Below, piece by piece: positions 41,077 to 50,808 of a stretch of DNA of 64,000 nt. The notes beneath the pieces are model-generated. The model did no database searches. It saw only the letters and a program-made list of their open reading frames with translations, and was not told where the DNA came from. Origin of the DNA: Candidatus Hydrogenedentota bacterium (GTDB taxonomy: Bacteria; Hydrogenedentota; Hydrogenedentia; Hydrogenedentales; SLHB01). The DNA is taken from positions 544,001 to 608,000 of the forward strand of contig CAXXYE010000009.1 in the NCBI GenBank assembly GCA_963674865.2. The letters run 5' to 3'. Numbering within the stretch: position 1 is the first letter of the stretch; each line of letters opens with the position of its first letter. The position numbers were made by a program, and so were the translations under genes.

Positions 41077-41149
41077 GAAGGGTGATGAAAAGAGTTAGTT
41101 CGCAAGCCGCTCAGGACATGCCTCATCGCCCACATCTCTGAGAGAGATT

Positions 41150-42625
41150 TCAGTCCCGCCCGGAGGGCTTCACGCCGTGTTTGACGTCCACGATGCGCCC
41201 TTTGAACACGTCAACGACCTTGGCCACGTGGGTGTCTTCCAGGCCGGCTTGGAGGTCTTTCGCGCTGACTTCGCGCCGGAAATGGCCGGCGTCGCCGCGG
41301 CCTTCAGGCGCACTATCTGAGGTCGGCTGCTTCTTGGGAGGGGCGCTACGCTCACTTGCCGTGTTGGGCGCGTGACTCTGCTCCCGGGCGGGGGGCGCCG
41401 GGGCCGGGGCGGGCGCCTGCGGGGCGGCCGAAACACTCCTCGACTCAGCCGCCGCCGGGCGCGTTGGGACGCTGCCCGCGGAGAGCTTCAGGAGCTTCTC
41501 GAGTACGGTATCCACCGATACTTCCGTGCCAACCTTGGACAGGCGGATGAGCAGCGCTTCGAGCGCGATCCGCTGCGAAACCTGTGAATCGAATCCTTTG
41601 GCCATTTCCGCGAACTGCTCGACGAGCCGGATCAGCTCCGTCAGCGTAAATCGCTCCGCCCGCTCGTGTAATGCCTCGATTTGATCATCCGGCAAGGCCA
41701 AGAGATCTCGCGCGTCGGCCGTCTTGGATACCAGCAGATTTCGCAGGTATCTGAGCAGCTCCTGGACGAATTGCGACAGATCCTTGCCGCTGACGATCAC
41801 ATCGTCGACGATTTGGAGCTGTTTGCCCACGTCCTTGTTCACGAGGGCATCGCAGAGATCGTTCAGTACGCGCCAATCCACGAGGCCCAGCACGTCGAAC
41901 ACGTCCTGAAACGTGATCTCCTTGTCGCAGTACGACATGAGCTGATCCAGGATGCTTTCGGCGTCGCGCACGCCCCCATCCGCCGCCCGGGCAATCGCGC
42001 ATAGCGCGTCATCGGCGCACGCCACGCCCTCGGCTTCGAGGATGCGCCGCAGAAGCGCCGCAATACCGTCCAAGCCCACACGGCGGAAATCGTAGCGTTG
42101 GCAGCGCGAGATAATCGTCGCCGGGACGCGGTGGGCCTCCGTGGTGGCGAGAATGAATACCGCGTGGGCGGGCGGCTCCTCAAGCGTTTTCAAGAGGGCG
42201 TTGAAGGCGGCGGCGGAAAGCTGGTGTACCTCGTCGATGACGTAGATTTTGAATCTCGAACGCGAAGGCACCATCCGGATGTGTTCCCGGATCTCGCGCA
42301 CGTCATCCACGCTGTTATTCGACGCGCCGTCGATCTCGATGACGTCGATGTTATTGCCGGCGGCGATGCTCGTGCAGTTCTCGCACGTGCCGCAAGGCTG
42401 CGCCGTGGGCTGTTCCACGGCCAGGCAGTTCAGCGCTTTCGCCAGGATCCGCGCCGTCGTCGTCTTGCCGATGCCCCGCGAGCCGATGAAGAGGAAGGCG
42501 TGGCCTACCCGCCCCGCCGAGATGGCGTTTTGGAGGCCCCGGGTGATGTGCTGCTGGCCCACCACGTCCTCGAAGGTTTGCGGGCGCCATGTCCGCGCAA
42601 GTACTTGGTATGGTTTATCGGCCAT
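41150..42625 (-). CDS. dnaX: DNA polymerase III subunit gamma/tau
   Basis: RPQTF, GSRGIGKTT, Cys cluster, EIDGASN, DEVH, LKTLEEPP, SRCQ. Confidence 0.98.
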   Translation of the reverse strand: MADKPYQVLARTWRPQTFEDVVGQQHITRGLQNAISAGRVGHAFLFIGSRGIGKTTTARILAKALNCLAVEQPTAQPCGTCENCTSIAAGNNIDVIEIDGASNNSVDDVREIREHIRMVPSRSRFKIYVIDEVHQLSAAAFNALLKTLEEPPAHAVFILATTEAHRVPATIISRCQRYDFRRVGLDGIAALLRRILEAEGVACADDALCAIARAADGGVRDAESILDQLMSYCDKEITFQDVFDVLGLVDWRVLNDLCDALVNKDVGKQLQIVDDVIVSGKDLSQFVQELLRYLRNLLVSKTADARDLLALPDDQIEALHERAERFTLTELIRLVEQFAEMAKGFDSQVSQRIALEALLIRLSKVGTEVSVDTVLEKLLKLSAGSVPTRPAAAESRSVSAAPQAPAPAPAPPAREQSHAPNTASERSAPPKKQPTSDSAPEGRGDAGHFRREVSAKDLQAGLEDTHVAKVVDVFKGRIVDVKHGVKPSGRD

Positions 42626-42681
42626 GCGCTACCTTCGGTGCGATTCCCGCACGCTCTAAGAAGCCCGTTGGAAGAAAGAAA

Positions 42682-42952
42682 GCCCGCGCACCCACCGTCG
42701 AACGCTTGTCCAGAACGGCCACGGGGTCGTTAGCTCGGGCCAGGCAATCCTACAGCACACGGGAACGACCACCTACGGCTGCTTCCTTCCGGATCTGACC
42801 GGATTCGGCAGCGCCCCGTTGAGTAGGACCCAACCGTCAACACCACGTGCCCCGCACCTGACTAAAGGGCAAAGCGCCCTCGGGTGGGAATTCGACCTCG
42901 CTAAAGCGGATTGCGAGTTCAGGACACCGCTAGTTTCCCGTCTAGCGCGGGC
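42682..42952 (-). ncRNA. ffs: Signal recognition particle RNA, large (Alu-containing) type
   Basis: Minus strand has TCAGATCCGGAAGGAAGCAGC (domain IV) and a 5' Alu-like GCTAGACGGGAAACTAGCGGTGTCCTGAACTCGCAATCCGC; complementary ends; lies directly upstream of dnaX. Confidence 0.93.
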
Positions 42953-42989
42953 AAAAATCGGCTGATTACGTGTTCCGCAAGCCGCGGAA

Positions 42990-43019
42990 AACCTATCACA
43001 CGAGCGAGAAGTGAGTCAA
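42990..43019 (-). promoter_or_regulatory. Promoter for ffs-dnaX
   Basis: TTGACT-18-TAGGTT with TGn. Confidence 0.5.
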
Positions 43020-43053
43020 CACGCCCGGTGGCGGGCATGTCTATGGCGCCACG

Positions 43054-43318
43054 CTCCAGGCCGTGAAAGATGCGGGCGTCGCGGGCAGAAACGGCCCTCT
43101 AGCGGCTTTGGCGGCCGGCCATCATTTGACAATATCCCCGCCCGTCATTAGTATACCGCGATCTATCGCTAGGGGTGCGGCAGGAAAGCCACTGAATATC
43201 GAGGCCGAGAGTTTTGAGTATTGAGATAGAAGGACTTACAGATGCTTTCCGGCCGCATCCCACCGGGAACCGCAGGTTCAGGCCGGACTTCTAGTTTCGC
43301 GCGTTATCACGCCTGGAG
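43054..43318 (+). ncRNA. Candidate 6S-like RNA or structured aspS leader
   Basis: Long stem 43172-43189/43244-43261; CCCACC then GAACC-GCA-GGTTC hairpin; outer stem CTCCAGG/CCTGGAG; ends uncertain. Confidence 0.5.
43126..43154 (+). promoter_or_regulatory. Sigma70-like promoter upstream of aspS
   Basis: TTGACA-17-TAGTAT. Confidence 0.55.
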
Positions 43319-43327
43319 AGTATTTTC

Positions 43328-45127
43328 ATGACACATCCGTATAGAACGCATACCTGCGGGCAGCTCCGCAAGACGGACGTAGGCGCCGAGGTCCGGCTGT
43401 CGGGATGGGTGTTCCGCAAGCGGGATCACGGCGGCGTCATCTTCATCGATCTTCGCGATCACTATGGCGTCACCCAGGTGGTCGTTAATCCCGATAGGGA
43501 CTTCTTCGCGCAAGCGGAACAAGTCCGCTACGAGGGCGTGATCACGGTTACAGGCGAGGTGGTTGCCCGCAGCGACGACACGATCAACTCGAACTTGGAC
43601 ACGGGCGAGATCGAGGTCGTCGCGGCGTCGTTTGAGGTCGAGTCGGCGGCGGATCCGCTGCCGTTCCCCATTTATCAGGACGCCGACTATCCGGAGGACG
43701 TGCGCCTGAAGCACCGCTATCTCGACTTGCGCCGCGAGCGCCTGCATGCCAACGTCCTGCTCCGCTCGGCCACAGGCCAGCTTACGCGGAAGCACCTGAC
43801 GGAGCGCGGCTTTGTCGAGTACCACACGCCGATCTTGACAAGCTCTTCGCCGGAGGGCGCTCGGGATTACCTCGTCCCAAGCCGCCTGTATCCCGGCCAG
43901 TTCTACGCGCTACCTCAGGCGCCGCAGCAGTTTAAGCAGTTGTTGATGATCTCTGGCTTCGACAAGTACTTCCAGCTCGCCCCGTGTTTCCGCGATGAAG
44001 ACTCGCGCGCGGATCGAAGCCCGGGCGAGTTCTACCAGATTGATATGGAGATGTCCTTTATCACGCAGGATGATCTCTTCCATGAGGTCGAACTGCTCAT
44101 GGTGCGCCTCTTCAAGGAGCTTTCGGACAGAGAGATCGTCACCGAGGCATTCCCGCACATTGCTTACCGAGACGCTATGGAGAAATACGGCACCGATAAG
44201 CCGGATATCCGGTTCGGCCTCGATATGGTGGATCTGACGGAGGTGTTTGCGAGCAGCGAGTTCAAAGTGTTCGCCAACGCCGCCCGTTCGGGCGGGGCTG
44301 TCAAGGCGATCAATGCCAAGGGGGCCGCGGCGCAGTCGCGGAAGTTCTTCGATGACGCCGAGGCCTTTGCCAAGGAAGAAGGCGCCAAGGGGCTCGCATG
44401 GGTAGCCTTGCGGGATGGCGACATCCGCGGGCCAATCGTGAAGTTTCTGAGCGATGGCGAGAAGACGGCGCTTATCGAGGCCATGGGCGCGGAAGAGGGC
44501 GACGCGTTATTCTTCGGGGCCGGGCCGCGGCCGCAAACCAACGAGTTGATGGGCAAGGTGCGCGCGTATCTGGCGCGAGCGCTCGATTTGATTGACGGCC
44601 GCAAGGTGTCGTTCTGCTGGATCGTCGACTTCCCCATGTTCGAGTGGAACGAGGAAGAGAAGAAAGTCGATTTTTCGCATAACCCATTCTCGATGCCGCA
44701 AGGCGGCCTCGATGCCCTTGAGACGAAGGACCCGCTCGATATTCTGGCGTATCAGTATGATCTTGTGTGCAATGGAATCGAGTTATCCTCGGGAGCGATC
44801 CGGAATCACCGGCCGGAGGTGATGCTTAAGGCGTTTGCGATTGCCGGCTATCCGGAAGACACCGTCAAGATGAAGTTCCCTGCGCTGTGGAACGCCTTCC
44901 ATTACGGGGCGCCGCCTCACGGAGGGATCGCCCCCGGATTCGACCGCATTGTTATGCTGCTGGCCGATGAGCCGAACATCCGCGAGGTCATCGCATTTCC
45001 GCTGAATCAGAAAGCGCAGGATCTTCTGATGAACGCCCCGAGTGAAGTCACGCAGAAACAGCTTGAGGATCTTCACATCCGCATCAAGTATCCCCCGCAG
45101 AAGGAATCGCCCGAGCCCGCCGAATGA
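43328..45127 (+). CDS. aspS: Aspartate--tRNA ligase
   Basis: YRTHTCG, RDHGG, PEGARDY, ALPQAPQ, FRDED, GAPPHGGIAPGFDR. Confidence 0.98.
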   Translation: MTHPYRTHTCGQLRKTDVGAEVRLSGWVFRKRDHGGVIFIDLRDHYGVTQVVVNPDRDFFAQAEQVRYEGVITVTGEVVARSDDTINSNLDTGEIEVVAASFEVESAADPLPFPIYQDADYPEDVRLKHRYLDLRRERLHANVLLRSATGQLTRKHLTERGFVEYHTPILTSSSPEGARDYLVPSRLYPGQFYALPQAPQQFKQLLMISGFDKYFQLAPCFRDEDSRADRSPGEFYQIDMEMSFITQDDLFHEVELLMVRLFKELSDREIVTEAFPHIAYRDAMEKYGTDKPDIRFGLDMVDLTEVFASSEFKVFANAARSGGAVKAINAKGAAAQSRKFFDDAEAFAKEEGAKGLAWVALRDGDIRGPIVKFLSDGEKTALIEAMGAEEGDALFFGAGPRPQTNELMGKVRAYLARALDLIDGRKVSFCWIVDFPMFEWNEEEKKVDFSHNPFSMPQGGLDALETKDPLDILAYQYDLVCNGIELSSGAIRNHRPEVMLKAFAIAGYPEDTVKMKFPALWNAFHYGAPPHGGIAPGFDRIVMLLADEPNIREVIAFPLNQKAQDLLMNAPSEVTQKQLEDLHIRIKYPPQKESPEPAE

Positions 45128-45171
45128 CGTGACGGCGCGACACTATCAGCACCCGGGCCGCCGGGCAGGTC

Positions 45172-45663
45172 TCAGGACTTGCGCCACGCGGGATAGATGC
45201 GGCGGCAGTAGAAGACGGCTACCGCGAGCCCGAAGATGAGCAGCGCGGAGTAGAGTACTTGCCGAGCGCCGTCGGGGTGGTGCAGGTCGCTCTGGGCCGG
45301 ATTCGCCGGATTGTAGAGCACAATGAGCGAAGCGCCTTCGCGAAGTTGCCGCTCGACTTGTCTCGGGGCCATGGCGTTGGGGCTGCCTGCTTCCGGCCAG
45401 AATCCCGCCCATTCGCCCGTAAACATGCCGCCGTCCACTTCGTATTGATACGTCACCCGGACCTTGGCGCCGGACACTTCGGCATTGTAATGGGTTAGCT
45501 GGATGGCGCTCGTGAGGACACGTCCCCCCGCGCGAGGCCAGTATTCAGCGGTGAGGCCATGCCACCATAGGCCCGCCGGGATGGCCGCCAACAACACCGA
45601 CACGAGTACGAGAAACTCCGGAAGCCCGAGTCGGACGTACCTTCTGTGCCGACGCAAACTCAC
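45172..45663 (-). CDS. DUF3592-like membrane protein
   Basis: TM-WP..GRV...VTYQYEVDG...VLYNPANP-TM architecture. Confidence 0.75.
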   Translation of the reverse strand: MSLRRHRRYVRLGLPEFLVLVSVLLAAIPAGLWWHGLTAEYWPRAGGRVLTSAIQLTHYNAEVSGAKVRVTYQYEVDGGMFTGEWAGFWPEAGSPNAMAPRQVERQLREGASLIVLYNPANPAQSDLHHPDGARQVLYSALLIFGLAVAVFYCRRIYPAWRKS

Positions 45664-45949
45664 CCTGCCCCCCTGTCTGTGCTACAACTCTTGCTGCATT
45701 CTGGCCCCGCGTCAGGCGCCGTGTCAACCACCAGAAGTCCGGCCTCAGAGCGCGGTTCCCGGCGGGGCGCGGCCGAAAGGCAACTATAGGTTCTTCTCTC
45801 TCAACACCCAGGACTCTCCGTCTCCGGCATTCGGCGGTTTTCTGGCCGCATCCCAAAAAACCTTGTCAACACCCTTTACGAATTGGCATGTCTACTTCTA
45901 TAATGGGGCGCTGCTTTCCATCGTGTTATAGGTCGGGAGGGACTGGACA

Positions 45950-47962
45950 ATGGCTAAGCGACAGCAATCCCCCGAACTCGGCGAGGAACTGGTCAAACAG
46001 GATTTGATCACCCGGGAAGAACTGGCCGAGGCAAAAGAACGGGAAAAAGAATCGGGGACTCCCTGGTATCGTCAACTGATCCAAATGAAGAAACTCAACC
46101 TAGGCGTGTTTGAGGATGTGCTCCGCTACGAGTTCCATCCTAAATCGGTGCGAGACGAGCACCAGTCCATGGGCACGGCGCTCGTGGAGATGCACGCCAT
46201 CTCAGAAGACCAGCTCGAGGAGGCGCTCACGGAGCAGAAACACAATGGCCGCCTCCTGGGCAACATATTGCTGGATAAGGGCTTCGTCACTCGCCAAACC
46301 ATTGCGATGGCCCTGAGTAAGCAGTATGGGCTCGAGTACGCGGACCTGAAGCAGACCCCCAGTGCCAAGGAGGCGCTTGAGACAGTGCCCGAGAGCATGG
46401 CGCGGAAGAACCAGATGATTCCGATCCGGCTCGAGGGAGACAAGCTGACGGTGTTGATCGCCACCCCCCAGGCTCGGGACGTCCTGAAAGACGTGGGGAT
46501 ACTGCTTGGACTGCGGATCTATCCCGTCCTAACCACTACGGATGACATCCGTGAAGAGATCACGGCCCGCTATCAAGGGAAAGCCCGTGTCTCGAAGGGG
46601 AAGAAGAAGGCGTCGGAGACGCCACCTGTCGAGCCGAAGGCGGCCGAAACGAAGAAGAAGGCCGCTCCCAAGAAGACGGCAGCGAAGAAAACGGCAGCGA
46701 AGAAGGCGGCAGCGAAGGAGACAAAGGAGGTGGAAACCGTGGCCAGCGAAAACGAAATCGAGGTCGGGGAGGACAGGGCGAGCAAGGCCCGCTTCGAGGA
46801 AATCGCCCAACAGGCGTCAGGCGTACCGGTAGTCAAACTGGTGAGTACTATCATCGAGGGTGCGGCCAATTCGGGAGCCACCGATGTCCACCTGGATCCC
46901 CAGGAACCGGAGATGCGTGTCCGCTACAGGATCGATGGCGTCCTTCACGACGTAATGAGTATCCCCGCTGATATCGAGGCCGCCGTCATCTCCCGCATCA
47001 AGATTATGTCGGATATTGACATCACGGAGACGCGCCATCCGCAGGACGGACACATCGGCATGGACTTCGGCGATAGGGAATTCGATATCCGCGTGGCCAC
47101 CATGCCGACGTATCTCGGCGAGCGCATCGTTTTGCGACTTCTCGATCAAGCCTCCGTTTTGGCCGGCATCAAGGACTTGGGCCTCGAGGCCGATGATGAG
47201 AAAGCCCTCGGCGCCATGATCCAGCAGCCGTATGGCATGATCCTCGTCACCGGCCCAACCGGCAGCGGCAAGACCACCAGCCTCTACGCGGCCCTCAACC
47301 AGAAGAACGTCATCACCGACAGCATCGTCACGCTAGAGGACCCGGTGGAGTACCAACTTTCAGGTATCAACCAAGTACAGATCGAAACAGATATCGGACT
47401 CTCCTTCGCCAGCACCCTCCGGGCCTCACTGCGCCAGGATATCGATGTGCTCCTCGTCGGCGAGATCCGCGACCCGGAAACGGCTCAGATTGCGGTGCGC
47501 GCCGCCATGACGGGCCACTTGGTCTTCAGCACACTGCACACCAACGACGCGCCCGAGGCAATTACCACGCTACGCAACATGGGTGTACCCTCCTACCTCA
47601 TAGCGAGCGCGCTAACGGCCGTCATCGCCCAGCGACTCGTGAGGCAGATATGCCCCGAATGCAAAACGGGATACACGCCACAGAAGCCGCTTCTCAAAGC
47701 CCTCGGGCTGCCCGAGTCTACCCGACGCCTCTATAAGGGCAAGGGGTGCGAAGCCTGCTATCACACCGGCACAAAGGGCCGCACGGGAATCTTCGAACTC
47801 ATCGAAGTGACACCGGACATTCGTAAGATGATCGCCGCGGACGAGCCAATTATCAAGATCGCCAAGGCCGCGAAACTCAAGACCATGGCTGACCGCTGCC
47901 GGATGAAGGTCAAACGCGGTGAAGTGCCGGCGGAGGAATTCCTGAGAGTTATCCGGACCTGA
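45950..47962 (+). CDS. GspE/PilB family secretion or pilus ATPase with MshEN-like N-terminus
   Basis: GPTGSGKTT, TLEDPVEY, LRQD..VGEIRD, STLHTN, CPEC/CEAC. Confidence 0.93.
   Translation: MAKRQQSPELGEELVKQDLITREELAEAKEREKESGTPWYRQLIQMKKLNLGVFEDVLRYEFHPKSVRDEHQSMGTALVEMHAISEDQLEEALTEQKHNGRLLGNILLDKGFVTRQTIAMALSKQYGLEYADLKQTPSAKEALETVPESMARKNQMIPIRLEGDKLTVLIATPQARDVLKDVGILLGLRIYPVLTTTDDIREEITARYQGKARVSKGKKKASETPPVEPKAAETKKKAAPKKTAAKKTAAKKAAAKETKEVETVASENEIEVGEDRASKARFEEIAQQASGVPVVKLVSTIIEGAANSGATDVHLDPQEPEMRVRYRIDGVLHDVMSIPADIEAAVISRIKIMSDIDITETRHPQDGHIGMDFGDREFDIRVATMPTYLGERIVLRLLDQASVLAGIKDLGLEADDEKALGAMIQQPYGMILVTGPTGSGKTTSLYAALNQKNVITDSIVTLEDPVEYQLSGINQVQIETDIGLSFASTLRASLRQDIDVLLVGEIRDPETAQIAVRAAMTGHLVFSTLHTNDAPEAITTLRNMGVPSYLIASALTAVIAQRLVRQICPECKTGYTPQKPLLKALGLPESTRRLYKGKGCEACYHTGTKGRTGIFELIEVTPDIRKMIAADEPIIKIAKAAKLKTMADRCRMKVKRGEVPAEEFLRVIRT
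46670..46718 (+). repeat. 15-bp tandem repeat (about three copies) encoding KK(T/A)AA
   Basis: AAGAAGACGGCAGCG AAGAAAACGGCAGCG AAGAAGGCGGCAGCG. Confidence 0.8.
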
Positions 47963-47998
47963 TCGCCGACCTCGCAATCCGGAACAAGAACGAACAAA

Positions 47999-48042
47999 CG
48001 ACGGCGGTTGAGCGCCTGCAAAGCCGTGCTCAACCGCCGTTG
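47999..48042. terminator. Long hairpin between convergent genes
   Basis: CGACGGCGGTTGAGCGC / GTGCTCAACCGCCGTTG. Confidence 0.6.
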
Positions 48043-48168
48043 TGGTCATACGGTTCAAGCGAGCGTCCGCCCGCCGGCAGGCTTGGGACGCGAGCGTGGC
48101 GGTGTGCGCGCGGCTGGGTACTCTCTAGCGTCACGTTGTGGCTCGACTCTCTCCGGAATACCCTCAGT

Positions 48169-49837
48169 TCAGGGGGCATTTGCCTTTGAGGAGGTGGATG
48201 GATGGGAGTCGGCCAAGGATGCAGCCTCGGAGACTGCGCCAGGCGTGGCGTAGATGACTCCCGACATCGCGAGCACATCAACGGGCCCGAAGCCGGGGGT
48301 CGTCACCGCTCCAATAACCTGTGCCCGGTACGCGGCATAGTCCAGAGGCGTTTCCTTGAAGTAGTGCGTCTGCCGCGCCCTATCAATGGAGACCACGGCG
48401 ATAGAGCGGCCATCACGGAGAAGCTCAAGCTTCATTCCCTCGCCGCCTTTGACACTTGCGGCAAATGTGGTTTCCGTACCTGTGGGAATGGTGTCCCCCG
48501 CCATGGCGTTCCGCCTCCCCGGCACGGACGCACCAAAGGCAATGAAGGGGCCGTCGACGCTCGCAGATAGGGCCGTTCTGCCGCGTCGTATGCCATCGAT
48601 GATCGCCGGTAGTGACTTATTCGCGGCATACACATACGTGACGGGAGAAGCTAACGGTACCTCGGCAGCGGAGGACATGGTGCCCGCGATCGGCGCCGCG
48701 TGGAGCCCCAAGGCCAATTCGGAGTCCCAGAACGAGGCCGCCTGTCCATTGGCGGAAAGACCGGGCATGGCAGCGGCACGGGCGATGGTTTCGGTGAAGC
48801 GCCCTTCGTTGTCACGCCGCCGCAAGATATCCCCTAGCTGGCTGGCGTTAACCCGGCGGGACGCCGCGCCAGTCACGGCACCAGACTTGGACGGCATCCA
48901 CATAGGTGAGGCCCCATTGCCACGGAGCCGTTGGAAAACACGGATGGGCAATGGCCACCACCCCGCCTTGAGCCTGAAGCCGCATAGCCATTCCCTTGGC
49001 CTCGTTGCGGGTCCGCGGCGGCTCTGGATAGGTGCCCGGTGCATAGAGCAAGGCCACGCCAAGAATGTCGTTTCCCCACTCCATCGCGGGAATGAGTACA
49101 AGGGAATCTGAATGGAACTCAGGTCCCAGGGACGCCGCCATGGTGTTGCGGTCGGCGATCGCAAGGAAATCCAATCCCGCTTTCTCCGCACGGGCGATCA
49201 ACGCCGAAACGCTCTCCTTGCCGACACCGTAAGAAGAATGAGCGTGTAACTCGCCCCGATACCATTTCGCCCCCTCAGCGAGGACCCGTGTCGCGCGAGG
49301 AATTCGCTGCTGTCCGGGAACGCTGCACGCGTCCGCCGGGTCTGTGCCCGCAGCCAGTTCCACCCGGTCCAAGAAGAGGTCCCCATCCTGGTCGAAGGCA
49401 CGCAACGGCCGCTTCCCCCCCACACCTTCCAGTACCTCAACGCGTAGGGAAGCGGGCGCCGCGCTGCCAATTACAACGTCCATGATCTCAACGGCAACCG
49501 GCACATCCTCATCGTAGACATATACGAACGCCGTATACTGCCCCATAGGTTGCGAGGAGCGGAGCCTACCGCTCGGCACACGCAAAACGATGGGTGAGGG
49601 CAGATCTTCGCTCCGAAGTTCAACCTTGGCAGAGAGCCGCTGCGCCAGGACATCGACGACCTCTACCTCGATGGCGCCCAGAGCGACCGGCGCACCGGGC
49701 CGGGCCTCTCTTGCGCGCGTTCGGCCCGCCTCCTGGGCATGGGAGGGCTCTACCCTCAAGCCAGGGAACAGCCCCAGGACGATGAGCAAGACTTGGACGA
49801 TGAGAGTAGGCACGGACACACGGGCCGGAGACATCAT
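48169..49837 (-). pseudogene. Secreted PHP-domain (CehA/McbA-like) metallohydrolase split by a frameshift at about 48850-48856
   Basis: Signal peptide, WYRGELHAHS, LDFLAIAD, AHP in one frame; continues as VNASQLG...IRRGRT...GPF in the 48169 frame; one extra G at CCGGGTTAAC would explain it. Confidence 0.7.
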
Positions 49838-50049
49838 ACTTCTTCTCCGTGAAATGGGACCAAGCTGAAAAAGACTTGATAAACATGATACACGAAGTGT
49901 AGACTTAAGCAAAGCAGTACAGGAGCTAAGGGTAGCGCCAAAGGGGTGCATGCCACAGGATACGGACATAAGATACGTGTATGGACGTTTGCTCTCGGTG
50001 GGGGAGTTAACGGTGTTAATGGTTAGGAGCAGCAAGAGGAGAGTGAGGC

Positions 50050-50490
50050 ATGATTTCAAGTATTGATATCACCAGTAGCGTAGCTGTATACGTTCAAATC
50101 GAGAACCATGTGCAGTTCGCGATCGCAGCCGGCAAGCTCAAGGCAGGGGACCAGCTTCCCTCCGTGCGCGAATTGTCGGAGCGGCTTGACGTAAACCCCA
50201 ACACCGTGGCCAAAGCCTATCGTGATCTCGAAGTGATGGGCCTTCTTTACACGCGTCGCGGCATGGGAGTCTTCGTCAACAAGGGGATCGAGGCCAAGTG
50301 CCGAGAAGCCTGCCGCCGGCGCATCATTGAGCGCCTCCACGAAGTGGTCGCCGAGGCGCGCGCAGCGGGCATGACATCGGCGGAAGTCACGCAGATCGCC
50401 GAGAAGAGCTTCGCGACGGATTCGAGCCCCTACAGTGCGACTCCGACGTCTCTGACGGCCTTGGCTCGCTCGAAAAAGCGCGCTAAGTAG
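50050..50490 (+). CDS. GntR family regulator (YtrA subfamily)
   Basis: YVQI, GDQLPSVRELS, VNPNTVAKAYRDLE, RRGMGVFV; short C-terminus. Confidence 0.93.
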   Translation: MISSIDITSSVAVYVQIENHVQFAIAAGKLKAGDQLPSVRELSERLDVNPNTVAKAYRDLEVMGLLYTRRGMGVFVNKGIEAKCREACRRRIIERLHEVVAEARAAGMTSAEVTQIAEKSFATDSSPYSATPTSLTALARSKKRAK

Positions 50491-50510
50491 CCGAAGCGTA
50501 CACTAGCATC

Positions 50511-50553
50511 GAGCCGGCCGCGGGGAAGCCAAACCTGCGGCCGGTTTCCATTT
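50511..50553 (+). terminator. Intrinsic terminator after the GntR gene
   Basis: GAGCCGGCCGCGG...CTGCGGCCGGTTT followed by CCATTT. Confidence 0.6.
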
Positions 50554-50664
50554 CCGACACACTTCTTCATACACTACGGCGTCATTTCGTCAAGAGTTTC
50601 GTGCCGGCGATCAGACTCTCTGAGGCATTGAGAGAGCATGCATTGCGGCGGACGAGGAAAACTG

Positions 50665-50693
50665 TTGACATTATCATCTAATTAACGTATACT
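50665..50693 (+). promoter_or_regulatory. Sigma70 promoter
   Basis: TTGACA-17-TATACT with upstream A tract. Confidence 0.75.
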
Positions 50694-50808
50694 CAGGCGT
50701 GTGAGACTGCGGTCTTCAGGAGGCAGTGCTGCGGAACAAGGCGCATTTACGCAGAAAAACCGTTGACAACTTTGCGATAAGTTAATCGCGAGTAAGTAGG
50801 GTTTTTGC

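Noticed and set aside
43160..43327. T-box riboswitch upstream of aspS
   Set aside because: The antiterminator core reads GGGAACC instead of TGGNACC, and there is no terminator or clear specifier loop.
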